IMG/VR virus record: IMGVR_UViG_3300045988_183636
Origin: a virus
Direction: 5' to 3' (one strand)
DNA: 64,000 nucleotides
The position numbers were made by a program, and so were the translations under genes. This document shows positions 55,831-64,000 of this stretch, piece by piece (position 1 is the first letter of the stretch; every line of letters begins with the position of its first letter). The notes below the pieces were generated by a model. That model saw only the letters and a program-made list of their open reading frames with translations, did no database searches and had not been told where the DNA came from.

Positions 55831-57647
55831 GAAAAGGACAGATTAAATTACTGGAAAAAGCAGAAAAAGAAGGATTTACAGAAGAACAGCTGGCTGTATT
55901 ACGTGGTAATCAGATGTTATACACTTTAGATTATTATTACTTTTTGCTGAAGCGTGGTGTTTCTGCTTCTGTAATTAATGCAATCATCAAAGCTGGTGAA
56001 GGATGGGGAATGCATTCGTTTGGATTCCAGTTGATGGAATGTGGTTATTCATTGGAGGATATCCTTACATATATTGAGAAAAGCAAAAAGCTGTTACTTA
56101 ATCATAATTATTTTTACGAAGAGATCATGACAGGGAAAAGTAAAAATGAAACTGATGTGTCTTTGCGTAAAAGCTATGCAGAAACACTTATACAGATTCC
56201 CGAATTATTGAGTTGCCATGATCAATATATTACAAGGGCTGTCGAATTTGCAATCAATTCACGAATTTCAGTGAAAGATTTTATTGAGGAATTTTTCCCA
56301 AAGGAAGAGGATAGCTGGAAGGTCTTTAGAAACGGAAATTATAAAGATAGCCAGTATACCGCTTTACTTTCGTTTTGGCGTAACCATATTCCACATTTAT
56401 CAGACTTGTTATTGCCCAATGACAACAGTTTGTTTTACGAGCAGAAAGAAGTAGCTTTGGAAGATCAGATGAAACTTTTTATGGAAGCATGGAAAGCCCT
56501 TAACCATGTAACAGGGAAAGAACATTTCATTAAAATAAAAGACTGCCCCATGTACTACAGGAGTATTGACATTAATAAGTCAGCAGTTAATATTTATCTG
56601 GCTTCGTCTTCTTATACAAATATTAACAAAGGCGAATTCCATTTTGATGTACCGGAAGTATCTATGAAACTGGTCATTTTCCATTCCGGTGGATATTACT
56701 ATAAGGGTTTCAAAGACCGGCTGTTCCCGCTTTCCTTAAAGAAATTAAGTTCCATTTGGAATGATTATGGAAATCTTGGAAAACAGGTGGTTACATTCAT
56801 CCTTGGACATGCAATGGAAAAATTAAATGCCCTGGTCATGAAGGATATCCTGCGGACATTTGAAAAAGATAATTTTATGCTGCTTCCAATCAGACTTATC
56901 GACTGCCGGGATTCGTATAATTACAATCATCTGCTTCAGAAGAGGTGGGTTGCTGCGGATAAGATCAACTGGAGCAGGACAGACGTCAACCTTGCTTACC
57001 TCGTAATTAAAAGTCTTCCGTACCTGGGACGTGAAATCGATAAAAAACGATTATTACAGACAAAAGATGCATCCCTGCTTGATGTGGTGGATTCTTCCTT
57101 CTGGAAGAGGAGATGGAACAACGAATGTATTTCCACTTTCCTCGGATGCTTTATTGCAGGCGGTATCAGTGATGTGCCTGAAGACGGCGATCTGGATAAT
57201 GTCAGAATCACAGCGAATGATTACATAAAAATGGCACACGAGATGCACCAAAAGGTTAAGCTTGGGTTCCGTAGCTGGAAGAAACTTAAGGATGCGCATG
57301 ACAAAATATCAAAGAAATACAAAAATCGACTTCACCGGGTGCATGTTCCAAAGAACAGCAAGTTCAACCATCTGAGGGAACTGCTCCCGGAATCCTATGA
57401 ATGGATCCGTACAGGCAGCCGTCTCCGCATGGAAGGTATTGAGATGGGGCACTGTGTGAATTCTTACTGGCAATACATAAACCAGGATACCTGTGCCATA
57501 TATTCCTTTACAGCAGGAGAAAAACGCTACACTGCAGAATTCCGTGTTGGCAGTAACGGGAAATATACGGTCCGGCAGATCCAGTCAAAGTATGACAGGG
57601 GATGTCCGGCTTCTGTCCGGAAACAGGTGGGTAAGTTGATTTCCTAA
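55827..57647 (+). CDS. hypothetical large protein, possibly PcfJ-like
   Basis: C-terminal E..MGHCV..Y motif reminiscent of the PcfJ family; 606 aa. Confidence 0.35.
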   Translation: MRKGQIKLLEKAEKEGFTEEQLAVLRGNQMLYTLDYYYFLLKRGVSASVINAIIKAGEGWGMHSFGFQLMECGYSLEDILTYIEKSKKLLLNHNYFYEEIMTGKSKNETDVSLRKSYAETLIQIPELLSCHDQYITRAVEFAINSRISVKDFIEEFFPKEEDSWKVFRNGNYKDSQYTALLSFWRNHIPHLSDLLLPNDNSLFYEQKEVALEDQMKLFMEAWKALNHVTGKEHFIKIKDCPMYYRSIDINKSAVNIYLASSSYTNINKGEFHFDVPEVSMKLVIFHSGGYYYKGFKDRLFPLSLKKLSSIWNDYGNLGKQVVTFILGHAMEKLNALVMKDILRTFEKDNFMLLPIRLIDCRDSYNYNHLLQKRWVAADKINWSRTDVNLAYLVIKSLPYLGREIDKKRLLQTKDASLLDVVDSSFWKRRWNNECISTFLGCFIAGGISDVPEDGDLDNVRITANDYIKMAHEMHQKVKLGFRSWKKLKDAHDKISKKYKNRLHRVHVPKNSKFNHLRELLPESYEWIRTGSRLRMEGIEMGHCVNSYWQYINQDTCAIYSFTAGEKRYTAEFRVGSNGKYTVRQIQSKYDRGCPASVRKQVGKLIS

Positions 57648-57746
57648 TCGGTACCGGAAACAAAACTGCCGTAAGGAAAACATGACATGCGGATTTTTAT
57701 GTCATCCTTTAAATACGGAATAAGATCGGAGATTCGATAATAAATC

Positions 57747-57932
57747 ATGGGTTTTAAATTTGAAGAAAAAAACGTCAGCTTAAAATGCACTGAGTGCGGT
57801 CAGGATTACGAAGATACGCAGATAATTGTGAATGGTGTTCCGAGCTGCAAATTCCACATATGTCCGGAATGTAAAAGAAAGTTTGAGAAAGTTTTTTTGG
57901 AAAGATCAACGAAGTTGATAAGAAAGGAGTAG
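57747..57932 (+). CDS. small zinc-ribbon protein
   Basis: CTECG...CPECK. Confidence 0.4.
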   Translation: MGFKFEEKNVSLKCTECGQDYEDTQIIVNGVPSCKFHICPECKRKFEKVFLERSTKLIRKE

Positions 57933-57935
57933 GGA

Positions 57936-58271
57936 ATGAGTATATTTCTTTTGATTTTTGGAATTATTTGTGCGGTTGTTGGAGTAATTATTGCAATATT
58001 CGGCTGCGTTACCCGTGATAAGGATGTTGTTGCAATTATTGGAGGTATTATAATTGTATTACTAGACATTGATACGATCATAGGACGGAATGAAAAATCG
58101 CCTTATGAAATACAGGCAGAACTTGAATCAGAAGCTATTGAAAACTATGATAATGGTTCGGAAGTTTATATCAATGGCAAGAAAAACAATGATATAGATA
58201 TTAACGGTATTAATCTTGATAAATACAATATTAAAATCAAGGAAGGAAAAATTTACCTGATTGATAAATAA
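57936..58271 (+). CDS. hypothetical membrane protein (paralog of 48326 C-terminus)
   Basis: N-terminal TM helices plus the shared C-terminal motif. Confidence 0.5.
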   Translation: MSIFLLIFGIICAVVGVIIAIFGCVTRDKDVVAIIGGIIIVLLDIDTIIGRNEKSPYEIQAELESEAIENYDNGSEVYINGKKNNDIDINGINLDKYNIKIKEGKIYLIDK

Positions 58272-58351
58272 GCAGCCAAAACACAGTTCCATATTCATGA
58301 TATAGGACTGTGTTTTTTTTGTAAGAAAATAAATAAAATTTTAAATTTCCT

Positions 58352-58382
58352 TTGACGAATTTTGAGATGGATAAATATATAT
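58352..58382 (+). promoter_or_regulatory. class-1 promoter variant
   Basis: ttgacgaattttgagatggataaatatatat (has -35 and spacing, lacks the GCGCAATAT box). Confidence 0.4.
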
Positions 58383-58473
58383 ACTGAAGATAAAAATTGC
58401 CATACAGGAGACAGAACACATAGAATTTTCTGTCATCCTTTAAATATCAGAAAATTAAAGGAGAACAATTTCC

Positions 58474-59910
58474 ATGAAAGAAAAATTTTTCCACCAGCTT
58501 CTTTCCATGTTTGGGGTAACACCGGAATATCCGGAAACACTTATCCCGTCCGTAGAGGATACCGCGAGAATTTTAAAAATAAACCCGGAAATATATAAGA
58601 GATTTGAGAATGCCTATCAGACTTCAGATGCTATAGGTATTCCCGGCTATTCCGTAAATGCAAAACAGGCTGCCAGAGAAAAAGAGGGAGTGGATACATC
58701 TGCTCCGGATCTTTCCTCTCTTATGAACAGAATCGTTAGAGAGTTGGAAAACGATACTTTTATCTGGCAGTACACGGATGGAACTGTTTCCCCATTCAGT
58801 ATCAACATGCCGGAAATACCGGAACCTGTAACAGTGGAAGAGTTAAACATGGTTCCACGGGAATACCGCCCACAGCTTGCCGGGAATGTCGTCTGCAGGG
58901 GCTGGAATGACCATGCTGGACGGCAGGCTGCATACTGGTATAACCTTGCAGTCACTGAAAAATCAGAAAAGAAAAGGGAAGAAGCTTATTCCATGTTCCG
59001 GAAAAGTCTGGATATCCTTAACCCTGATCTTGTTACATACAAAATGATGGGGATGAATGTCAATTCCATGGGTTACTGGCTTCCAAAGATGGTGAATGCC
59101 ATAAAGGAAGACGGCTTCTTTAAAATCCCAGACACAACAATCATTAAAATCCCGCTTCCTCTGTTACAGCTCACATTTCTGGAATACAGCGACATTAACC
59201 GTACAACCCTTGATATCGTTGATGATTACTGCAGGAAGGTTTTTTCGTTGGACGAGACAAAGGAATACTTCATTAAAACCGGAGTTTTTTCATCCAAATA
59301 TGATTTCAGAAATGCCCGTGTAAGTGGGGCAAAGGAAGTTCGTGAACTTGGCGAATACCTGCTGTATATCCATGGATTTTCAAGGGTTGTTGGTGGCCCA
59401 ACATCCTATGGTGCTGCCACAACTAACGAGTGGGTGGTTCGTGACTTTATTCCGGACACAGAGAATAACCCAACGATCTACCATGGTCTGCCGCTCCATA
59501 CGGAATACCGGGTATTTGTGGATTTTAATGCTACGGATTCCTTTGAGCAGGTGCTTGGTATCAGTCCATATTGGGAACCAAAAACCATGAAAAATCATTT
59601 CAAGCCTCTTGCAGAAGGCCGCAGGGGAATGGATCCGGATGCATACCATGACTACTGCACGTATTCCGTTGCCGAGGAAAAACTGATGAAGAGGTACGAA
59701 GAAAACAAGGAGAGGGTTCTGGATCATGTTTTGAATATCGTCCGCTGCAATGAACGGATGCACGGGCAGTGGTCCATGGATATTATGCAGAATGGAAATG
59801 ATTTCTGGTTTATCGACATGGCAACAGCAAGTGCATCTGCATTAAATGAATGTATTCCTAAAGGAAAATTAAAAAAGATGAAAGAAAACTGGATTCCAGA
59901 GATCAGATAG
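58474..59910 (+). CDS. hypothetical protein, possibly ATP-grasp-like
   Basis: C-terminal ..RCNERMHGQWSMDIMQNGNDFWFIDMATA resembles an ATP-grasp C-terminus; a copy of its 3' end is at 63395. Confidence 0.35.
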   Translation: MKEKFFHQLLSMFGVTPEYPETLIPSVEDTARILKINPEIYKRFENAYQTSDAIGIPGYSVNAKQAAREKEGVDTSAPDLSSLMNRIVRELENDTFIWQYTDGTVSPFSINMPEIPEPVTVEELNMVPREYRPQLAGNVVCRGWNDHAGRQAAYWYNLAVTEKSEKKREEAYSMFRKSLDILNPDLVTYKMMGMNVNSMGYWLPKMVNAIKEDGFFKIPDTTIIKIPLPLLQLTFLEYSDINRTTLDIVDDYCRKVFSLDETKEYFIKTGVFSSKYDFRNARVSGAKEVRELGEYLLYIHGFSRVVGGPTSYGAATTNEWVVRDFIPDTENNPTIYHGLPLHTEYRVFVDFNATDSFEQVLGISPYWEPKTMKNHFKPLAEGRRGMDPDAYHDYCTYSVAEEKLMKRYEENKERVLDHVLNIVRCNERMHGQWSMDIMQNGNDFWFIDMATASASALNECIPKGKLKKMKENWIPEIR

Positions 59911-59920
59911 GAGGAGAATT

Positions 59921-60631
59921 GTGAAACTTACCAAAATAAAAAATCCTGAATTGGCGTTTCAATATTGTAAGAAAATTGCTAAGGAAATCAATGAATTTAT
60001 ATTGCAATCTGTGGCCTTGCAGGTGTTGGAAGATAATAAACAAAAATTCTTGACGATAAAAGGATCTGATTGGCAGCACCATAATTACGCTGGTGGTTTA
60101 ATCGTGCATACCTGTAATGTAACATTAAATGCTATTTCCTTGGCCGAATTTTATAAAGAAAAAGTTAATATTGATCTTGTCAAGTTTTGTGCACTTATGC
60201 ATGATGTCGGAAAACTGTTTGATTATGAAGCGCAGCAAGAATATGTAAGGGCAAATACAGTTTCCATGAATCAGGCTTTATTAGGGCATAGTTTTGAAGG
60301 CGCCAGCTATATTTCAAAAATGTTGGAGAATGCATATTCAAAAAAAGATATTAACGTATCGAAGGATTACATATGTCATGTAGTTACACAGGTTTCTCAC
60401 TGTATAGGAGCGCATATGGATGGATTTGGGGCCTGTTCTAAACAGCAAATGTATGAAGTTCTTATTATAGGTTGTGCCGATAAAGTTGATTCCTATTTAG
60501 AACAAACTGTTGTCGATGATAATGAATATTCATTTACTATTGGAACGGGAGAAACTTTTTACAAAGCATCTGTTGATCCGAATGAAGTATTACCGATATG
60601 GGATAATCCGTTACAGGAAGATTTACAATAG
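59921..60631 (+). CDS. HD-domain phosphohydrolase (GTG start)
   Basis: H..GGLIVHT ... ALMHDVGK HD motif; RBS TAGGAGGAGAATT. Confidence 0.6.
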   Translation: MKLTKIKNPELAFQYCKKIAKEINEFILQSVALQVLEDNKQKFLTIKGSDWQHHNYAGGLIVHTCNVTLNAISLAEFYKEKVNIDLVKFCALMHDVGKLFDYEAQQEYVRANTVSMNQALLGHSFEGASYISKMLENAYSKKDINVSKDYICHVVTQVSHCIGAHMDGFGACSKQQMYEVLIIGCADKVDSYLEQTVVDDNEYSFTIGTGETFYKASVDPNEVLPIWDNPLQEDLQ

Positions 60632-60640
60632 GAGTAAAAA

Positions 60641-61239
60641 TGAAAATCATTTATTCTAAATATACATTTGAAGAAGTCCACAATACAAGAAGATCCGGCT
60701 ATTACTGGCAGGCTTCAAAAGAAGCGGCAGCTAATTACAGTTCATTCGGGTCTTCCAACCACAGCACGTAGCTCGGTGCTGTCTACGGTAGCAGCGACGC
60801 GTTGTATGTTTCCTCGAACGGCAACGTCTATGGTGACAGTCAGTATTTGGATCTCGTTGCTGCTCCTGCATTTAACCTCGACTTGTAATAACAATGTTTT
60901 AGAACTTGGGAAAACATACAGATTTTCCGGTTATGACTGGACGGCCTGTGAGCTGATCAACAATGGTAAAACCCTTGTAATCCAGTCCCATGGTGTGACA
61001 AGTGGTGCATGGCCGGGATATGTAATGCCGCAGTTCGGCAACGGGAATTTTTATAAAGCAATGTCTGACCCCTTGGAAATATAATACTTTTTGAAAACCC
61101 AGATGCCACTTCTGTGCAAATACCGTCCGGCAGGAGAAAAGACAGGAAAGAGAAAGCAACGGCACAATATAAACCAGAAATTGATGAAGGGAAAATTAAA
61201 AATCATAAAAATTTATCAAATGAAAATGGAGGATATTTT
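60641..61239 (+). pseudogene. mosaic of degenerate, permuted fragments of the 18659/61873 paralog family plus short fragments copied from 62498 and 47248
   Basis: MKIIYSKYTFEEVHNTRR..stop; frameshifted C-terminal-like then N-terminal-like segments (APAFNLDL..; GKTYRFSGYDWTACE..QSHGVT). Confidence 0.55.
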
Positions 61240-61815
61240 ATGCATGGAGATTTATTAAAAAACGAAATACAGCTTGCAAAGGATGAATGTTGTGTTATTT
61301 TTGACTTTGGTTGTTATTTCCCTTATAAAAATACGGAAGATCTGACGTTTGATTTTTCGTTAGGAGGGAAGCAACTTCATGATAAAAAATTAAATCATAG
61401 GTATCCTAATACCGGATATCAGACAATTTCACGAAAATATGGAAGAAAAGTGAGTAAACTAGGATATCCATACGTTATGAAATTGGACGAGCAGGATATT
61501 ATGCTTTTAAAAATCAAGGTTGGATTATGTGAAAACACAAATACTTTAATTTTCCCCATTCAGACATATATGACGCAAGATCGTCCGGCATGCGTATTAT
61601 CGATGAATTACATATTCGATGAAATGAAAGTTCGTTTTATGTCCCATGATTCAAAAGACGGAGGATGGCATCAGCATAATTGGTATAATTATATGCCGGC
61701 TGAATTGATTGGGGAAAATGAAAGTGTGATAACTGGAAAAATGGAAGGAAAACGTATCATTTACCATGATGTGATCAAGCCATTTCCGTCTTCAAAAGAC
61801 AATCTTCTAATCTAA
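61240..61815 (+). CDS. hypothetical protein
   Basis: RBS AATGGAGGATATTTT before MHGDLLKN. Confidence 0.5.
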   Translation: MHGDLLKNEIQLAKDECCVIFDFGCYFPYKNTEDLTFDFSLGGKQLHDKKLNHRYPNTGYQTISRKYGRKVSKLGYPYVMKLDEQDIMLLKIKVGLCENTNTLIFPIQTYMTQDRPACVLSMNYIFDEMKVRFMSHDSKDGGWHQHNWYNYMPAELIGENESVITGKMEGKRIIYHDVIKPFPSSKDNLLI

Positions 61816-61872
61816 CAATAAACATGAAATTACTTAAAAATAAATAATAAATTTAATTCAGAAGGAAACAAA

Positions 61873-62802
61873 ATGAATAATGAAATTATGCTTAATGAAA
61901 ACAAATCAATATCAAAAAATGCTCCTGAACCTGGCAAAACCTACAAGTTTGCAGGGTACAAGTGGACGGTCTGTGAGGTGGACAGCAAGCGTCATACCGC
62001 TGTGATCCAGTCCCATGGTGTAACCCATGGAAAATGGCCGGGCTTTGTAATGCCGCAGTTTGGAAATAGCAATTACTATTTTAAATCCATTGATGGCGAA
62101 GATATCAGTGCCTATGACAACAAGATGAAAGAACTGTACGATACCATCAAGGATGCAGAAAATACATCTGCTTCTTATGGCAAGGGTCTGTACCTTATCT
62201 CCGAAGAAAAAGCTGGTTTTACGGAATGGGGTCATCCTGGCTCTGGCAACTACTGGCAGGCATTGGAGGCAGCAGCGGAAAACGCCTGTTCGTTCGGGTC
62301 TCCCGACAACTATGCGTGGCTTGGTACCGTCTACGGTAGCGGCGGCGCGTGGTATGTCAACTCGAATGGCGGCGTCTCCTACAACGATCAGAGCGACGAC
62401 TATGTGGTCGCGCCCGCTTTTAATCTCGATTTATCGAAGGTTGAGGTCGTTGGGGATGAGATCATGATTAAAACAATGTCTGCACTCCTTGGAAATACAA
62501 TACTTTTTGAAAACCCAGATGCCACTTCCGTGCAGAAACAAATGTTTTTGCATTATGGACTGTACCTTGAAGAAAAAAACGAAGAGATTGAAAAATATGT
62601 TGTTGTACATACCGGAACAAAACATTTTCCAGAAAGGTTTTATATTTCGTCAAACGATATCGAGGCGGATTGTAATATCAAATTTTATAAAGATTCAGAA
62701 ACATTTGAAATAAACAAGATTTGTGGTGATTTGGAACTTTTGCAACTGTTAACAGACCGGATGAAAGAAGTTTGTCAAACAGCAGAAGATAGTAGTAAGT
62801 AA
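61873..62802 (+). CDS. hypothetical protein, paralog family member 2 (see 18659)
   Basis: GKTYKFAGYKWTVCEVD..IQSHGVTHGKWPGFVMPQFGN..APAFNLDLSKV. Confidence 0.6.
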   Translation: MNNEIMLNENKSISKNAPEPGKTYKFAGYKWTVCEVDSKRHTAVIQSHGVTHGKWPGFVMPQFGNSNYYFKSIDGEDISAYDNKMKELYDTIKDAENTSASYGKGLYLISEEKAGFTEWGHPGSGNYWQALEAAAENACSFGSPDNYAWLGTVYGSGGAWYVNSNGGVSYNDQSDDYVVAPAFNLDLSKVEVVGDEIMIKTMSALLGNTILFENPDATSVQKQMFLHYGLYLEEKNEEIEKYVVVHTGTKHFPERFYISSNDIEADCNIKFYKDSETFEINKICGDLELLQLLTDRMKEVCQTAEDSSK

Positions 62803-62851
62803 CAAAGATAACATGATTATTTTGGCAATATTTTAACAGGAGGAAAAATAA

Positions 62852-63067
62852 ATGGTACAGAAAGAAGTTTTAGAGCTTAAATTATCATCACGGATGAGAT
62901 CTATGTACTGCTTTACATGTTATGAATTGTATGATCAATTGGGATATATGCTTGGAGAAAATATGGATACAAAGGCTATTACTTGCCCAAATAATTTTAA
63001 TACAGAGCGATGTAAAAATGGTAATACTGTTTTAATAGGAACGTCTGGTTCGGGAAAGGCATATTAA
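62852..63067 (+). CDS. hypothetical protein, possibly 3'-truncated by the IS fragment
   Basis: RBS ACAGGAGGAAAA; ends ..LIGTSGSGKAY exactly where the IS-derived sequence begins. Confidence 0.35.
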   Translation: MVQKEVLELKLSSRMRSMYCFTCYELYDQLGYMLGENMDTKAITCPNNFNTERCKNGNTVLIGTSGSGKAY

Positions 63068-63395
63068 CCCAAACATAAGTTTACTTTAAAGAGGTGAACG
63101 TCCATGCGGAACATGAAACAGTACGTATATTTCCGTCTGTTGTCCAGAAACGGATCATTGCAAAGAATGACGGAGTGACACGCTTTATTTACAACCGTCT
63201 GGTTGCACGCGATCGTGAACTGCACAGCCTGCAGAAAGTGCAGATATACTGCGAGCCTGTTGCCAGCCGCATAGACTACCTCAAGTCACTCGGCACGGAT
63301 CTGTCTGACTTTAAAGCTGCATATCCATTCCTTGAAGATCCGGAGATTGATTCCCTTGCTATTGCTAATAACAGATGTACGAGCAGTGGTCCATG
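63062..63395 (+). mobile_element. partial copy of the IS200/IS605 element (tnpB 5' region only, with a ~30 nt internal deletion)
   Basis: near-identical to 8690..9030 (acccaaacataagttt...ccggagattgattcccttgc). Confidence 0.7.
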
Positions 63396-63545
63396 GATAT
63401 CATGCAGAATGGAAATTATTTCTGGTTTATCGACATGGCAACAGCAAGTGAATCTGCATTAAAAGAATGTATTCCGAAAGGAAAATTAAAAAAATGAAAG
63501 AAAACTGGATTCCGGAGATCAGATAGGGGGAAACTATGAAAATTA

Positions 63546-64000
63546 TTTATTCTAAATATACATTTGAAGAAGTCCACAATACAAGAAGAAAATGGTTATC
63601 TGATGAACCTGGTACATCGCATGAAAAAATAAAAATTGTATTACGATCCTTTCCATTTTTAGTTTATTTTTTATTTTGTGAGTATATCCTTCTCATTAAC
63701 ATATTTGATTATTCACAGCCGCTGGCTTATAGAAATGTTATGAGGAAAATAATGAACCTAGATATTTATAAAAGCGCAGGGGTTTATACGAAGTTTTCAA
63801 TCGATATACTATCGTACATATGCTATATGAGCGCTATTGGCATTGCATTATGTCTAATAGCGATACTAATTCGCAAAATATATAAAAATATTGTATGCAG
63901 GATTATACCAATCAGTACGCCATGTATAGATAGAAACAAGAAAAATCGATACGGGTATGATAAAACAATTGATATTGAAAAATTACTTGAAAGACAGAAA
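63546..64000 (+). CDS. hypothetical membrane protein, 3' end outside the window
   Basis: MKIIYSKYTFEEVHNTRRKWLS.. with the same N-terminus as the 60641 fragment; open to the window end. Confidence 0.4.

Overview
This 64 kb window looks like a segment of a large (jumbo/huge) phage or phage-plasmid-like element from a low-GC Gram-positive, Clostridia-like gut host; the phage assignment is inferred from gene content, not shown. Coding is dense and mostly on the + strand. Most genes are short hypotheticals punctuated by a rho-independent terminator, one of two conserved promoter-like motifs, a strong CGAAAGGAG RBS and then the ATG. Recognisable genes: the 3' part of NAD-dependent DNA ligase (ligA), a class II CCA-adding enzyme with HD domain, two HAD-type nucleotidases, ASCH and GNAT proteins, an HD phosphohydrolase, an SF2 (ResIII-like) helicase, a flotillin/SPFH protein, a BspA-type LRR giant protein, an FtsH-like protease split into separate M41-peptidase and AAA genes, a beta-class N6A/N4C DNA methyltransferase, and a multispecific C5-cytosine methyltransferase interrupted at a G6 homopolymer. 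An IS200/IS605 element (tnpA+tnpB) sits next to a truncated second C5-methyltransferase, and a partial second IS copy lies near the window end. A minus-strand array of about 15 tRNAs lacks encoded CCA and includes three structurally reduced or odd members. The most striking feature is a compact type I-C CRISPR-Cas module (cas5c-cas8c-cas7c plus an 11-repeat array) with no cas3, cas4, cas1 or cas2 nearby. It comes with four extra mini-arrays of divergent repeats in the 3' UTRs of unrelated genes, a degenerate repeat in the cas operon 5' UTR, and a paralogous 2-TM membrane protein directly downstream of two of the arrays. Eleven copies of a TTGACG-N17-GCGCAATATGT promoter are present; five of them drive long structured leaders containing tRNA-like acceptor/T-arm minihelices, and three of those leaders share a conserved ~140 nt element. 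All calls are from reading the sequence; no database searches were run.
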